Notes: generated by a model from the letters alone, not told the origin. Shown: positions 22,088-33,916, counted from the first letter of the stretch. The stretch is 64,000 nucleotides of DNA from an uncultured bacterium (GCA_949290395.1 CASERQ010000002.1:130727-194726), one strand, 5' to 3'. Made by a program: numbers and translations.

Positions 22088-23376
22088 CGATTTTATTAGA
22101 TTTTTTAGGTTGTAAGGTTAATAGTTATGAAGTTGAAGCTGTCGGCGAAGTATTTTTAAAAAACGGCTTCACTTTTTTTGACATAAATAAAGATAAAGAG
22201 CCAACAGTTATTATCGTAAATACATGTGCGGTCACTCAAACAAGTGTAACTAAAGATAAAAAGGTAATTAAAAGATATCGAAAGCTATATCCAAACTCAG
22301 TTTTAGTTGTGATGGGTTGCTACGCACAGTTTGCTTACGATAATATACGTGAAAATTTAGGTGCTGATATTGTTTTAGGCACCTCAAATAGAGAGAAAAT
22401 TTTCGATTTAGTTTCTGAATATTTAAAAAATCATAAAAAAATAAGTCTTCATGATGACAATAATTCAATTAAAACATACGACAATCTATCTTTAACAAAC
22501 ACATATTTAACAACAAGAGCCTATGTTAAGATTCAAGATGGTTGTAATAATTTTTGCTCTTACTGTCTAATACCTTATATTCGTGGTCGCTCTAGAAGTA
22601 GAAAAGCAGAAGATATCTTATTAGAAATTAAAAATTTAATAAGTAATGGTGTCAAAGAAGTTATTCTTACAGGCATTGATATGTCTAGTTATGGCTTAGA
22701 TTTAGATGATGGTGTTAGTTTTAGCGACCTTATAGAGCAAATTTTAATTCACAATCCTGATTTATACCGTTTAAGAATATCTTCATTAGAAGAAAGTCAG
22801 TTGGATGATAAATTTATTAATTTATTAAAAACTTATAAACAATTAGCCAATCATTTGCATATCCCTCTTCAAAGCGGAAGCAGAAAAATTGTTAATTTAA
22901 TGAACAGAAAATATAACATTGATGAATTTATCTCTAAAATTGCGAAAATTAGAGAAGTTAGACCCGATATTTCAATTACGACTGATGTTATAGTTGGCTT
23001 CCCGGGAGAAACAGAAGAAGACTTTTTAGAAAGTTACAATATTTGTAAGAAAATAAATTTTAGTAAGATTCATGTTTTTCCATATTCATCTAGAGAAGGA
23101 ACCGTTGCAGCCAAACTGAAAAATCAAGTTGATCCTATTACTAAAAAGGAACGTGTTTCAAGATTATTAACTTTATCTAATGATTTGGAAGAAGAATATA
23201 TCTCTAAATTTATTGGTCAAAAAATTGAATTTTTATTTGAAGAATATAACATAGAAACTAAAACGTATTCAGGACACAGCTCGAACTATTTATCTTGTGC
23301 GATTGATAGTGATGAAAATTTGGAAAACAAAGTTAAAGAAGTTATATTTTCCAAAGAAAATTATAGATACTTTTGA
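22084..23376 (+). CDS. mtaB: tRNA t6A37 methylthiotransferase MtaB
   Basis: LGCKVNSYE, NTCAVT, GCNNFCSYC and HVFPYSSREGT motifs. Confidence 0.95.
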   Translation: MTILLDFLGCKVNSYEVEAVGEVFLKNGFTFFDINKDKEPTVIIVNTCAVTQTSVTKDKKVIKRYRKLYPNSVLVVMGCYAQFAYDNIRENLGADIVLGTSNREKIFDLVSEYLKNHKKISLHDDNNSIKTYDNLSLTNTYLTTRAYVKIQDGCNNFCSYCLIPYIRGRSRSRKAEDILLEIKNLISNGVKEVILTGIDMSSYGLDLDDGVSFSDLIEQILIHNPDLYRLRISSLEESQLDDKFINLLKTYKQLANHLHIPLQSGSRKIVNLMNRKYNIDEFISKIAKIREVRPDISITTDVIVGFPGETEEDFLESYNICKKINFSKIHVFPYSSREGTVAAKLKNQVDPITKKERVSRLLTLSNDLEEEYISKFIGQKIEFLFEEYNIETKTYSGHSSNYLSCAIDSDENLENKVKEVIFSKENYRYF

Positions 23377-23447
23377 CAATGTAAAAAAATATTTATACGA
23401 TATTCATCGTGTTTTTTGGACTTTTTTAAAAAATATCAAAATTTTTA

Positions 23448-23475
23448 TTGACATAAAATGTTGATTCTCTATAAT
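23448..23475 (+). promoter_or_regulatory. sigmaA promoter of rpmF
   Basis: TTGACA-16nt-TATAAT. Confidence 0.75.
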
Positions 23476-23498
23476 TATCAAGGTAAAGGAGAAATCGT

Positions 23499-23672
23499 AT
23501 GGCAGTACCATTTAGAAGAACTAGTAAAACTACAAAAAGAATGAGAAGAACTCATTACAAACTTCATGTCAATGGTTTAAGCGTTTGCTCACATTGTGGT
23601 GAACTCATTAAATCACATACAGTTTGTCCAAAATGTGGTTATTACGACGGCAAACAAATTATTAAAAAATAA
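23499..23672 (+). CDS. rpmF: 50S ribosomal protein L32 (absent from the ORF track)
   Basis: Own translation [19 protein letters not shown]...CSHC...[18 protein letters not shown]. Confidence 0.97.
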   Translation: MAVPFRRTSKTTKRMRRTHYKLHVNGLSVCSHCGELIKSHTVCPKCGYYDGKQIIKK

Positions 23673-23675
23673 AAT

Positions 23676-23693
23676 CTCCGAAAGGAGTTTTTT
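23676..23693 (+). terminator. terminator after rpmF
   Basis: CTCC-GAAA-GGAG followed by T6. Confidence 0.65.
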
Positions 23694-23719
23694 ATTTGGA
23701 AAAATGGTATCATTTATTT

Positions 23720-24700
23720 ATGAATATTGGATTTTTAGGTTGTTCAAAAATTGGCGTTAAAATAATTGAAGCTTTAAAAGCAAATCCTGATGTTACTCTG
23801 TATGGATGTGCTGCTAGAGATGAAGCGAAAGCTATTGATTATAAAAACAAACATGGTTTTTTACATTTATATAAATCATATAAAGATTTAGTTTCTGATC
23901 CTAATATTGATTTAGTTTATATTTCTACTTTAATTTCATCTCACTATGAAGATACAAAATTAGCGCTAGAACACGGGAAAAATTGTTTAGTTGAAAAAGC
24001 TTTTACTGTGAATTCAAAAGAAGCAGAGGAATTAATTAGAATTTCTAATAATAAGAATCTTTTCTTAGGGGAGGCAATTTGGACTCGTTATATGCCTTCA
24101 AGAAAGATGATTAATGAAATTCTAGGTAGTGGAATAATTGGCGATATTTATATGTTATCAGCTAATCTTTCTTATAAAATCGATGATCAAGAGAGGTTAA
24201 TTAAAAAGTCAATGGGCGGTGGCATCTTATTAGATGTTGGCGTTTATCCTATCAATTTTGCTTTTATGGTCTTAGGTAGCGATTACCAAAGTTTTAAGTC
24301 TTCATTAATCTACAAAAATCATGGCGTAGAAGAAACGTGCGTTATAAATTTGTTCTATAAAAACGGAATAGTCGCAAACTTATATTCATCAATGAATGGA
24401 AATTCTGATAGAAGCGGTTATATTTATGGAACAAATGGATATTTAAGAGTCGATAACATCAATAATCCATCCGAAATTGAAATCTATACACCTAACACAC
24501 CTGGTGAAAAAGATATGATTCTCCAAAATAAAATTCATATTAGAGAAGATGTAAATGGTTATGAGTATCAATTTTATGAGGCGATTTTGGCTATAAAATC
24601 AAATGTTAATGAACCAATCTCTATGCCACATGCAGAAACTCTAAAAGTAATGAAATTAATTGATAAAATCAAAAGTAGTAGTTTTATAGTAAATAATTAG
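23720..24700 (+). CDS. Gfo/Idh/MocA family oxidoreductase
   Basis: IGFLGCSKIG, DLVYIST, LVEKAF and GGGILLDVGVYP motifs. Confidence 0.92.
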   Translation: MNIGFLGCSKIGVKIIEALKANPDVTLYGCAARDEAKAIDYKNKHGFLHLYKSYKDLVSDPNIDLVYISTLISSHYEDTKLALEHGKNCLVEKAFTVNSKEAEELIRISNNKNLFLGEAIWTRYMPSRKMINEILGSGIIGDIYMLSANLSYKIDDQERLIKKSMGGGILLDVGVYPINFAFMVLGSDYQSFKSSLIYKNHGVEETCVINLFYKNGIVANLYSSMNGNSDRSGYIYGTNGYLRVDNINNPSEIEIYTPNTPGEKDMILQNKIHIREDVNGYEYQFYEAILAIKSNVNEPISMPHAETLKVMKLIDKIKSSSFIVNN

Positions 24701-24718
24701 TAAATAAAAAGTGCATTT
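24675..24718 (+). repeat. 11-bp phased TAGT array, 4 units, across the Gfo stop and deoC leader
   Basis: GTAGTAGTTTT ATAGTAAATAA TTAGTAAATAA AAAGTGCATTT. Confidence 0.75.
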
Positions 24719-24729
24719 AGGAGGAATTT

Positions 24730-25365
24730 ATGGAATACAATAAACTAATTGATAACACTTTATTAAAGGCAGACGCAACAAAAGATGAAATTATTGCTCT
24801 TTGCGATGAAAGCAAAAAATATAATTTTAAATCTGTATGTATTAACCCTGATTTTATTCCTACAGCCAAAGAAGCTTTAAAAGGTAGTGATGTTTTGGTT
24901 TGTACAGTAATTGGCTTCCCTTTAGGAAGTATGTCTACAAAGGCAAAAGCATTTGAAGCAAAAGATGCTGTCGAAATGGGCGCCGATGAAATTGATATGG
25001 TTATTAATATTAGTGCTTTAAAAGATAAAAATTATGAATACGTTTTAAACGATATTAAGGAAGTTAGAAAAGCTACAATGGGTAAAACTTTGAAAGTTAT
25101 CCTTGAATGTTGTTTATTAACAAAAGAAGAGATTGTTATCGCAAGCAAACTTTGTGTAGAAGCCAATGCAGATTTTGTTAAAACAAGTACTGGTTTCTCA
25201 AAATGGGGTGCTAAAGTTGAAGACGTCAAATTGATGAGAGAAACAGTAGGGCCAAATGTTGGAGTTAAAGCTGCAGGTGGAGTAAGAACACACGAAGAAA
25301 TGCTCGAAATGGTCGAAAATGGCGCTACCAGAATCGGCACGAGTTCTGGTGCAAAATTAATGTAA
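24730..25365 (+). CDS. deoC: deoxyribose-phosphate aldolase
   Basis: TVIGFPLG, EIDMVIN, FVKTSTGF, VKAAGG and RIGTSSG motifs. Confidence 0.98.
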   Translation: MEYNKLIDNTLLKADATKDEIIALCDESKKYNFKSVCINPDFIPTAKEALKGSDVLVCTVIGFPLGSMSTKAKAFEAKDAVEMGADEIDMVINISALKDKNYEYVLNDIKEVRKATMGKTLKVILECCLLTKEEIVIASKLCVEANADFVKTSTGFSKWGAKVEDVKLMRETVGPNVGVKAAGGVRTHEEMLEMVENGATRIGTSSGAKLM

Positions 25366-25433
25366 AAAATTGTTTATTTTAATTTCAATTTTTGATATAT
25401 TCTTTTTGTTGCAAGAATGGAGGTGAAGAAAAG

Positions 25434-25607
25434 ATGTCTAAAGTAGTAGTTAGAGAAGGCGAAACTCTTGATGAAGCATTAAGAAGATTTAAAAGGCAAG
25501 TCAATAAAGCTGGCACCATCCAAGAATGCAGAAAAAGAGAATGTTTCTTAAAAAAGAATCTTAAGAGAAAACTTAAGAGCGAAAACGCAAGAAAGAAATA
25601 TAGATAA
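25434..25607 (+). CDS. rpsU: 30S ribosomal protein S21
   Basis: [29 protein letters not shown]. Confidence 0.96.
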   Translation: MSKVVVREGETLDEALRRFKRQVNKAGTIQECRKRECFLKKNLKRKLKSENARKKYR

Positions 25608-25612
25608 GAATG

Positions 25613-25643
25613 AGAACTACGGAAAATCGTAGTTCTTTTTTTT
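25613..25643 (+). terminator. terminator after rpsU
   Basis: AGAACTACG-GAAAAT-CGTAGTTCT followed by a T run. Confidence 0.85.
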
Positions 25644-25666
25644 AACTTTTTTCATAATTCCCTATG

Positions 25667-25685
25667 TTGTACTTTATGAAAGGAG
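25667..25685 (+). promoter_or_regulatory. 19-bp motif identical to the one upstream of comEA
   Basis: TTGTACTTTATGAAAGGAG followed by 7 nt and ATG. Confidence 0.7.
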
Positions 25686-25692
25686 ATTTTTC

Positions 25693-26886
25693 ATGAGATA
25701 TTTCATAAAACAACTAGGAGAAAAAGACTGCTCTTTTGCTTGTCTTAAGATGCTTTTAGCAATTACTTATAAGTCGAAGAAGTTTTTATTATATCCGCAA
25801 GAAGATATTGATAAAACATATTCATTTCATGATATTTCGGAAATTGCTAAAAAAGAAGGCGTAACTTTATTTGGATTTAGATTCAAAAATAAAGACAATC
25901 TACAAAAACAAACAAATTTACCTGTATTAGTTCCGATAAAATCAGGTGATAGTTTGCATATGGTTTTAATTTATAAGATCAAAAAATCAAAATTATTAAT
26001 TTATGATCCTGCAGGCAAACCATATTGGATTGATTTTTATGAATTCACAAAGATCTGGAATGGTGAATGTCTAGAAATAAGTAAAGTGGAAGGCTCGTTA
26101 TTTAAATCGAAAAAATATTCATTTGTTTCTAAGCCTTATAAAATTTTAGTTCCATTATTTCAATTTTTAAGCTTTGGGTGTTTAGCAACTGCATTGTTTT
26201 TTATCGATTCGAAATTTTTGTTTTTGATTCCACTGTTTTTACTATTTGCATTTATCATATGTAATTTTATCTACAATCGTCTTTTAGTAAACGAGATGAA
26301 ATCTTTTGATAACACAATTCTTACTAACTTAAATGTTGAATTAACAAGAGATTTCAGATCAAATTTCGCCAAGATGAACAATTTAAAGATGCTATTAATA
26401 GGAAGTCCAATTCAAATCATAAACTCTGCTTTAATCTTGGTGTTTGGTTTAGTTCTTTTAGGACTTAATAGTTATATCAATATTATTAACTTTTTAATTG
26501 TTGCTTCAGTTTCAATTTGTATTACTTTTTTTGAAAAAAATTATTACTCAAATAACTCAACAAATATAAGCAACTACGAAAACGAAATATTAAACTTAGA
26601 AAATGTTAAAAAAGAAATAATGAAAGAAAAGTTATCAGATTTATATAAAAGAACTTACACTTTAATGAATTTTATTAACCTTAAAAGAATTGTAATTATC
26701 TTTTTAATAATTTGTCTATCATTAATCTATTGTGCTTTTTCAGGTAACATCTCAATTAACTTTTTATTGTTTCATACTTTCCTTTATTACTATTTAATAG
26801 AAAATTTAAATAAATTTGTCGAAGTATGTTTATCAAGTAAAGAGAAGTCTTATTATCTCTCTTTATATCAATATTATTCGAAATAA
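25693..26886 (+). CDS. peptidase C39 domain plus membrane domain, no ATPase domain
   Basis: QLGEKDCSFACLKM (Gln, Cys), LHMVLIY (His), IYDPA (Asp), then about 6 hydrophobic segments. No Walker A/B. Confidence 0.85.
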   Translation: MRYFIKQLGEKDCSFACLKMLLAITYKSKKFLLYPQEDIDKTYSFHDISEIAKKEGVTLFGFRFKNKDNLQKQTNLPVLVPIKSGDSLHMVLIYKIKKSKLLIYDPAGKPYWIDFYEFTKIWNGECLEISKVEGSLFKSKKYSFVSKPYKILVPLFQFLSFGCLATALFFIDSKFLFLIPLFLLFAFIICNFIYNRLLVNEMKSFDNTILTNLNVELTRDFRSNFAKMNNLKMLLIGSPIQIINSALILVFGLVLLGLNSYINIINFLIVASVSICITFFEKNYYSNNSTNISNYENEILNLENVKKEIMKEKLSDLYKRTYTLMNFINLKRIVIIFLIICLSLIYCAFSGNISINFLLFHTFLYYYLIENLNKFVEVCLSSKEKSYYLSLYQYYSK

Positions 26887-26935
26887 TCGCTAATATTCTT
26901 ATAAATCTTATCTTTCCACATGCTATAATTAGCAT

Positions 26936-27394
26936 ATGAATTTAGAAATTAGCGTTAATAGTATTATTGACAAAGACATAAACAAATATATTCCTATCTA
27001 TGAAAGATTATTAGAAAAAACTTTTAATATTCTTAATATAAATAGAGATGCTTTTGTTAGTGTTACTTTTGTTGATAAAAATTACATTCATGAGTTAAAT
27101 AGAGACTACAGAAACATTGATAGACCAACAGATGTAATTAGTTTTGCCTTTTTAGATGATAAAAACGAGGTCATAAAAGGAGATTTGCCTTTAGACCTTG
27201 GAGAAATATATATATGCTATGATGTGGCTGATGAAAATAGAATAAGTTATGGTAACTCCATTGAAAGAGAAATCTGTTTTCTTTTTGTTCACGGGCTGTT
27301 ACATTTATTAGGCTATGATCATATGAGCAAAGAAGAGGAAGAAATTATGTTTCCTCTCCAAGAAAAGATTCTAGAAGGAGAACTAAGCAAATGA
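26936..27394 (+). CDS. ybeY: rRNA maturation endoribonuclease YbeY
   Basis: DRPTDVISF and HGLLHLLGYDH motifs. Confidence 0.97.
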   Translation: MNLEISVNSIIDKDINKYIPIYERLLEKTFNILNINRDAFVSVTFVDKNYIHELNRDYRNIDRPTDVISFAFLDDKNEVIKGDLPLDLGEIYICYDVADENRISYGNSIEREICFLFVHGLLHLLGYDHMSKEEEEIMFPLQEKILEGELSK

Positions 27395-27789
27395 CAAAAG
27401 AAGAATTAGTTGAATACGCAATTGAAGCACGTGAAAATTCATATTCACCATATTCAAATTTTGCTGTTGGTGCGGCTTTATTAACAACTGAGGGCGAAAT
27501 TTATCTTGGTGCTAATATTGAAAATGCAGCTTATGGATTAGCAATGTGTGCTGAAAGAAACGCAATTTATAATGCTTATTGCCATGGAGTTGAGCGTGAT
27601 GATATTGAAGCGTTGGCTATTGTTGCTGACACTAAATTGCCTGTTTCTCCATGCGGAGCTTGTAGACAAGTAATTCATGAGCTTTTTCCTCATGATAAAA
27701 AAATATATTTAGCTAATTTAAGAGGCGATATAAAAGAAATGACCGCCGATGAATTATTGCCATACGCATTTGATAGTGATGATTTATGA
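27391..27789 (+). CDS. cdd: cytidine deaminase
   Basis: YSPYSNF, CAERNA and PCGACRQ motifs. Confidence 0.97.
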   Translation: MTKEELVEYAIEARENSYSPYSNFAVGAALLTTEGEIYLGANIENAAYGLAMCAERNAIYNAYCHGVERDDIEALAIVADTKLPVSPCGACRQVIHELFPHDKKIYLANLRGDIKEMTADELLPYAFDSDDL

Positions 27790-28652
27790 GAAGTGGTTTT
27801 ATTTCATTAGTTGGTAGATCAAATGTTGGAAAATCTACCATTTTAAACGCGATAATTGGCGAAAAAATTTCAATTGTAACCCCTAAAAGACAAACGACAA
27901 GAAATTCTATTCAAGGAATTTATAACGATAAAGATTGTCAAATCATATTCGTTGATACTCCTGGCATTCATAAACCAATAAATGAATTAGGAGAGAAGAT
28001 GGATAAAATAAGTTATTCATCAATTAGAGACTGTGATATTGCTGTTTTAGTTGTTGATGCAGGCAGAAAATTTGATGACGGCGATCAATATTTATTTGAT
28101 CATCTTAAATTTGATTGTAAATTAATCATCGCTTTTAACAAGATAGACTTAACAAATATAAACTTGATCAACTCACTAAAAGAAAAATATATTGAACACT
28201 ATAATCCAATTGCTGTCATTGAAATGAGTGCAATTGAAGAATTTGGAATCAGCGATTTAATAAACAAAATTAAAGAAAATCTTGATGAAGGACCACAATA
28301 TTATGATTTAGAAACTCTAACTAACGTTGATATTAAGTTTAGAGTGCAAGAAATTATTAGGGAAAAAATGCTTCTATTATTAAAAGAAGAAGTTCCTCAT
28401 TCGGTAGCGGTCCAATGTACTGAAATTGTTTCAGATGTCTCTCCAGTAGAGATATACGCTAAGATAATTGTAGAACGCGATAGTCAAAAAGGTATAGTAA
28501 TTGGCGCAAAAGGTAAGATGATTAAAAAGATTGGAACCAAAGCTAGGGTCGATATCGAAAAACTTATCGGAAGACATGTAAATTTGCAACTTGTTGTACA
28601 AGTGGTAGAAAATTGGCGCAATTCTAGTCGTTTTTTAGTAGATAACTGGTAG
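27786..28652 (+). CDS. era: GTPase Era
   Basis: GRSNVGKST, DTPG, NKID and KH-domain VIGAKG. Confidence 0.97.
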   Translation: MRSGFISLVGRSNVGKSTILNAIIGEKISIVTPKRQTTRNSIQGIYNDKDCQIIFVDTPGIHKPINELGEKMDKISYSSIRDCDIAVLVVDAGRKFDDGDQYLFDHLKFDCKLIIAFNKIDLTNINLINSLKEKYIEHYNPIAVIEMSAIEEFGISDLINKIKENLDEGPQYYDLETLTNVDIKFRVQEIIREKMLLLLKEEVPHSVAVQCTEIVSDVSPVEIYAKIIVERDSQKGIVIGAKGKMIKKIGTKARVDIEKLIGRHVNLQLVVQVVENWRNSSRFLVDNW

Positions 28653-28656
28653 TTAT
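28602..28656 (+). repeat. 11-bp phased T(A/G)GT array, 5 units, at the era 3' end
   Basis: GTGGTAGAAAA TTGGCGCAATT CTAGTCGTTTT TTAGTAGATAA CTGGTAGTTAT. Confidence 0.55.
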
Positions 28657-29350
28657 GGATTTAAAAAAGGGATTCATTATTAGCACAAATAAATACAAAG
28701 ATAACGATTTAATAGTTAATTTATTGTGCGAGGATGAAATAATAAGTTTTAAAGCTATTTCCTTAAATAATAAGAACAAATCCTTGATTAACGATCTTCA
28801 ATGCTTAAGTTTTGGTGAGTTTGAATTATATAAAGGTGGACTTAAAAATTATACTTTAAGAAACTGCAAAATTTTTTATTCCTTGTATAAAGAAGTATTC
28901 TCAAGTAGAGAATATCTTTTTCCATATGAATATATAAAAGAAGTAATTAAAAAAGTTCCTCCTCAAGACGATTTACTTAAAAGTTTTAAATTATTAGATT
29001 TAACAATCAGCCATATAATCCAACATAAAGAAGATATTTTAAAAATCTTGATACTTTTTATCGCTTTCTATTTAAGATTTAGTGGTTTTTCAATATCTGA
29101 ATTAATTGAAAATAGAGTTTTTAATATCTTAAGCAAACATTACAGCTCATTAAATTCTCAAATTGAATTCAAGCAACTTCGCGATACATTTTTAAATATA
29201 TATAACTCTTTATTTAATAAAAGATATATTTTAGCTAAACAAGATATATTAAAAGTCGACGATAAGTATCTTCTTATTGTTTTCAATGATTTAAACGAAA
29301 TTTTTGAACAACTTAATGTTATTACCATTAATTCCTTAAATTTATTTTAA
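28655..29350 (+). CDS. recO: RecO-like DNA repair protein (divergent)
   Basis: KGFIISTNKYKDNDLIV resembles the RecO N-terminus; era-recO-glyQS synteny. Confidence 0.7.
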   Translation: MDLKKGFIISTNKYKDNDLIVNLLCEDEIISFKAISLNNKNKSLINDLQCLSFGEFELYKGGLKNYTLRNCKIFYSLYKEVFSSREYLFPYEYIKEVIKKVPPQDDLLKSFKLLDLTISHIIQHKEDILKILILFIAFYLRFSGFSISELIENRVFNILSKHYSSLNSQIEFKQLRDTFLNIYNSLFNKRYILAKQDILKVDDKYLLIVFNDLNEIFEQLNVITINSLNLF

Positions 29351-29416
29351 ATACACTCATAGTAGGTTGACACGTTATTAAACTTTCTGTTTAATTTTAT
29401 GCGTGAGGTTAGAATA

Positions 29417-30790
29417 ATGGATAATAAATTTGAAAAAGTTGTCACACATTTACAAACATCAGGTTATGTCTTTCAAGGTTCACAAATTTATGGCGGACTT
29501 TCTAATACATGGGATTATGGCCCTTTAGGTAGTGAATTAAAGAATAATTTACAACAATTATGGTGGAAGAAGTTTGTTAGTGAATCACCAACAAACGTCG
29601 GAATTGATGCTGCTATTTTAATGAACCCAAAAGTTTGGGAAGCTACTGGACACGTTACAACTTTTAACGATCCTTTAATAGATTGTAAAGAATGTAGAGG
29701 AAGATTTAGAGCTGACGATTTAGTTAAAGATCAATATCCTGACGTTGATGTTAACGCAATGAGCATTGACGATTTAACGAAATTTATTAAAGAACATCCT
29801 GTTAAATGCCCACAATGTGGTAAAAGTAACTTTACTGACGTTAGACAATTTAACATGATGTTTAAAACACATATTGGCGTTACAGAAGACTCCAAAAGTG
29901 TCGTTTATTTAAGACCAGAAACTGCACAAGGTGTTTTTGCTAACTTCAAAAACGTTCAAAGAGCTACAAGACGTAAATTGCCTCTTGGAATCGCTAATGT
30001 CGGTAAATCATTTAGAAACGAGATTACTCCAGGTAATTTCATCTTTAGAACACGTGAATTTACTCAAATGGAACTTGAATTTTTCTGTAAACCAGGGACA
30101 GATTTAGAATGGTTCAATTATTGGAAGGATTATTCCATTAATTTTGTTAAATCTTTAGGTGTCAATGAAGAAAATTTACGTTTTAGAAATCATGAACCTG
30201 AAGAATTAGCATTTTATTCAAAAGCTACAACCGATATTGAATACAAATTCCCATTTGGATGGGGCGAAATTTGGGGTATTGCCGATAGAACTGATTACGA
30301 TTTAAAGAGACATATGTCTTATAGTGGTGAAGCTTTAGACTATCTTGATCCTGAAACTAATGAAAAATATGTCCCTTATTGTATTGAACCAAGTTTAGGC
30401 TTAGATAGACTTTTCTTAATGGTTGTAACAGATAGTTACGATGAAGAAGTCTTAGAAAACGGTGAAATTAGAAAAATTATGCACTTAAAACCATTCTTAG
30501 CTCCTTATAAAGCTGCAATTTTACCATTAAGTAAACAACTTACAGAGAAAGCTAAAGAAGTTTTTAATGATTTAATTCCTTATATGAATATCATTTTTGA
30601 TACTACAGGTAGTATTGGAAAAAGATATAGAAGAAACGATGAAATTGGAACACCATATTGTGTAACCATCGACTTTGAATCTTTAGAAGACGAATGTGTA
30701 ACTGTCAGAGAAAGAGATTCAATGAAACAAGAAAGGATAAAAATTTCTGAATTAAGAAATTATTTATTAGATAGAACATTTTATAAATGA
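29417..30790 (+). CDS. glyQS: glycine--tRNA ligase (alpha2 type)
   Basis: [22 protein letters not shown] and [17 protein letters not shown] motifs. Confidence 0.97.
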   Translation: MDNKFEKVVTHLQTSGYVFQGSQIYGGLSNTWDYGPLGSELKNNLQQLWWKKFVSESPTNVGIDAAILMNPKVWEATGHVTTFNDPLIDCKECRGRFRADDLVKDQYPDVDVNAMSIDDLTKFIKEHPVKCPQCGKSNFTDVRQFNMMFKTHIGVTEDSKSVVYLRPETAQGVFANFKNVQRATRRKLPLGIANVGKSFRNEITPGNFIFRTREFTQMELEFFCKPGTDLEWFNYWKDYSINFVKSLGVNEENLRFRNHEPEELAFYSKATTDIEYKFPFGWGEIWGIADRTDYDLKRHMSYSGEALDYLDPETNEKYVPYCIEPSLGLDRLFLMVVTDSYDEEVLENGEIRKIMHLKPFLAPYKAAILPLSKQLTEKAKEVFNDLIPYMNIIFDTTGSIGKRYRRNDEIGTPYCVTIDFESLEDECVTVRERDSMKQERIKISELRNYLLDRTFYK

Positions 30791-32646
30791 ACGGTAGCTT
30801 ATTCGATTTAGCAAACGATATATTAAAAAGTGCCGACATAGTAGAAGTAATTTCTCACTATATTAAAGTAGAGAAAAAAGGTAGAAATTATACTGCACTA
30901 TGTCCTTTTCACAATGACCAATCTTTAGGCAGTTTTTATATTTCTAAAGAAAAAGGTATTTTCAAATGCTTTTCTTGCGACGCAGGTGGCAATGCTATTA
31001 ACTTTGTTCAAAGAATCGAAAATTTGTCATATCGAGAAGCGGTTTTAAAAACTGCTGAAATTATTGGCTATCAAGATAATCGACTTTTAGAAATTAACGC
31101 AAAAAGAGTTATTGACCCTGAAATCAAAGCATTACAAGATTGTCTTGCAGAAATTTCTAACTTTTACGAAAACAGTTTATTTTTAACTGAAAACGGAAAA
31201 GAAGCATTAAATTATCTTCATAATCGCGGATTAAGTGATGATATTATTAGAAAATTTAAAATTGGATTTGCTCAAGACAAAGGCGAAAACTTAATTGAAT
31301 ATTTAAAATCAAAAAATTTTTCTATTAAAACTATTGCTGATACAGGAATTATCAACCCAAATATTACTCCTTATCGAGATATTAATGCTGGACGTATAAC
31401 TTTTGCGATTACTGATAACAACAACAACGTTGTCGGATTTAGTTGTCGAAAGTTTAGAGAAAGTGATCAATCAAATTCCAAATACATAAACACATCTTCA
31501 ACAAAATTATTTAATAAAGGAAATATTCTCTATAACTTTTATAACGCACTAGTTGAAGCTAAAAAAGTAGGCTATGTTTATGTCTTAGAGGGATTTATGG
31601 ATGTAATTGCATGTTATCGAGTTGGAATAAAAGCAGCAGTTGGTTTAATGGGAACTGCTTTATCAAAAGATAACTTGCAATCATTACGCTATCTAAACTG
31701 TGAAATTAGATTATGTCTTGATTTAGATTCACCAGGACAAATGAACATGCTAAGTATTAGCGATGCTTTAGATGGATCCAATATTAAATATCGATTAGTT
31801 AATAACAGTGTTGATTTTAAAGAAAAAGATTCTGATGAAATTCTTAAAATACATGGTGAAGAAAAATTAAGAGAGTATTTATCTAATTTATTAACTAAGG
31901 GCGAGTGGTTAATTAATTATTATAAAAATAAAGTTAATCTTGAGACTCTTGATGGTAAAAAGAAACTTGTTAATGGATTAATGCCATTCTTATCGACTCT
32001 AAAAGAAGAGCTTGATATCAATTATTATATTAATTTATTAACAAATTTAACTGGGTATAGTTTCGAAGCAATTTACAAAGCTCTACAAAGATATAACAAA
32101 AAACTCGACAAAAAAGATGAAGATGCATATAATTCACTTTTAATTTCCAACAAAAGTGCGCCTCAAGTTGTATTAAGTAGGTTGCAATTAGCTGAAAAAC
32201 AAGTGATTAAATATATGCTTGAAAATCAAGATGTAATAAAAAGCTATGATCTTAAACTAGGTTATTTCTCTACACCTATTTATAGAGAAGTAGCAAACGT
32301 AATTGAAGATTATGTATCTCATATACGAGATGATGAAGACTATAATATCAAAAATATTATGGCATTCTTAACAAGTGATGAATTTGAGAATAAAAATAAA
32401 GACAAAATTATCTCTCAAATTACAGATATTGCAATTGATGATTTCAAAGTTCCGCCCTACACACCAAGTCAGTTTAATGATTTAGTTGAAACTATTAATA
32501 GGGAAAGAGTTGAAAGTCAGACTTACGATGTCTATAAAAATTCTTCGTTAAATAAAACAGAACAAGAAAAAGCTGAATATGCCAAAGCTTGTTTTGCAAA
32601 GTTAAAATCAATTATAGAAGAAGATGATAAGAAAAGGAGATCTTAA
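30787..32646 (+). CDS. dnaG: DNA primase
   Basis: CPFH..CFSC zinc finger, KYINT and EGFMDVI TOPRIM motif. Confidence 0.97.
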   Translation: MNGSLFDLANDILKSADIVEVISHYIKVEKKGRNYTALCPFHNDQSLGSFYISKEKGIFKCFSCDAGGNAINFVQRIENLSYREAVLKTAEIIGYQDNRLLEINAKRVIDPEIKALQDCLAEISNFYENSLFLTENGKEALNYLHNRGLSDDIIRKFKIGFAQDKGENLIEYLKSKNFSIKTIADTGIINPNITPYRDINAGRITFAITDNNNNVVGFSCRKFRESDQSNSKYINTSSTKLFNKGNILYNFYNALVEAKKVGYVYVLEGFMDVIACYRVGIKAAVGLMGTALSKDNLQSLRYLNCEIRLCLDLDSPGQMNMLSISDALDGSNIKYRLVNNSVDFKEKDSDEILKIHGEEKLREYLSNLLTKGEWLINYYKNKVNLETLDGKKKLVNGLMPFLSTLKEELDINYYINLLTNLTGYSFEAIYKALQRYNKKLDKKDEDAYNSLLISNKSAPQVVLSRLQLAEKQVIKYMLENQDVIKSYDLKLGYFSTPIYREVANVIEDYVSHIRDDEDYNIKNIMAFLTSDEFENKNKDKIISQITDIAIDDFKVPPYTPSQFNDLVETINRERVESQTYDVYKNSSLNKTEQEKAEYAKACFAKLKSIIEEDDKKRRS

Positions 32647-32647
32647 A

Positions 32648-33913
32648 ATGGAAAGAAAAACTAAAAAATCAAAAAAAGACGAAATTAAGATTAATGAAGT
32701 TTCCGAAGAAGGTTTAATCGAACTTGACGATTATATTCCAAGCGATGAAAAGGAAAATTTATTAACTTTAGACGAAATCGTAAAAAAATTCGAACAAGAA
32801 AATAAAGATACAAAGTTTATTGACCAAGACCAATTCTTTGATGAAACTTCCTACCTTGATTTAACTGAAGAAGACTACGAAAAAGTTTTTAATCACTTTA
32901 AAAGCCTTGGTTATGATGTAGCTGGAAGCAAAGACAATGATTTCGATGATGCTGATATGCCAGAAGATTTTAATGAAGAAGACATCGAAGATGATTTTAA
33001 TGACGACTTTGATGGTGAAGAAGGTTCTTCAGAAAGCAATTTAGATATCAATAACCTTGATAATTTAGATTCTACTGAAGTTAAAGTTAACGATAGCGTC
33101 AAGCAATATTTAAAGGAAATTGGCCGTGTTCCATTACTTAAACCAAAAGAAGAAACTGAACTTGCTAAAAGAATTGCAGCAGGAGACAAAAGAGCAAAAG
33201 ATCAACTTATTAATGCTAATTTACGTCTTGTTGTTTCTATTGCTAAACACTATATTGGCCGTGGAATGCAATTTTTAGACTTAATTTCTGAAGGAAATTT
33301 AGGTTTGATCAAAGCTGTTGAAAAATTTGACTACAAAAAAGGATTTAAATTCTCGACATATGCAACTTGGTGGATTAGACAAGCTATTACAAGAGCAATT
33401 GCTGACCAAGCAAGAACTATTAGAATCCCAGTTCACATGGTTGAAACAATTAATAAAATCACCCGTGTTCAAAGACAACTTGTCCAAGAATTAGGAAGAG
33501 AACCAACTGCAGAAGAGATTTCTAAGAAAATGGATGGAAGTTTAACTCCAGATAGAATTCGAGAGATTATTTCTCTTGCACTAGAACCTGTTTCTCTTGA
33601 AAGCCCAATTGGTGAAGAAGATGATAGCCACTTAGGTGATTTCGTTGAAGATAAAGAAAGTGTATCTCCAACTGAATTTACAAGAAAATCATTAAATCGT
33701 GATGCTTTATTCTCTGTAATGAACGATTTAACAGATCGTGAAGAAAGAGTTTTGCGTTTAAGATATGGTCTAGATGATAATAGACCAAGAACTTTAGAGG
33801 AAGTTGGTAAGGAATTTGGTGTTACAAGAGAAAGAATTAGACAAATTGAAGCTAAAGCTATTCGTAAATTAAGACACCCAACAAGAACTAAAAAATTAGA
33901 TGATTTACATTAA
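32648..33913 (+). CDS. rpoD: RNA polymerase sigma factor SigA/RpoD
   Basis: [25 protein letters not shown] and TRERIRQIE motifs. Confidence 0.98.
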   Translation: MERKTKKSKKDEIKINEVSEEGLIELDDYIPSDEKENLLTLDEIVKKFEQENKDTKFIDQDQFFDETSYLDLTEEDYEKVFNHFKSLGYDVAGSKDNDFDDADMPEDFNEEDIEDDFNDDFDGEEGSSESNLDINNLDNLDSTEVKVNDSVKQYLKEIGRVPLLKPKEETELAKRIAAGDKRAKDQLINANLRLVVSIAKHYIGRGMQFLDLISEGNLGLIKAVEKFDYKKGFKFSTYATWWIRQAITRAIADQARTIRIPVHMVETINKITRVQRQLVQELGREPTAEEISKKMDGSLTPDRIREIISLALEPVSLESPIGEEDDSHLGDFVEDKESVSPTEFTRKSLNRDALFSVMNDLTDREERVLRLRYGLDDNRPRTLEEVGKEFGVTRERIRQIEAKAIRKLRHPTRTKKLDDLH

Positions 33914-33916
33914 TAA

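Noticed and set aside
29351..29416. T-box riboswitch upstream of glyQS
   Set aside because: The spacer is under 70 nt and has no T-box consensus.
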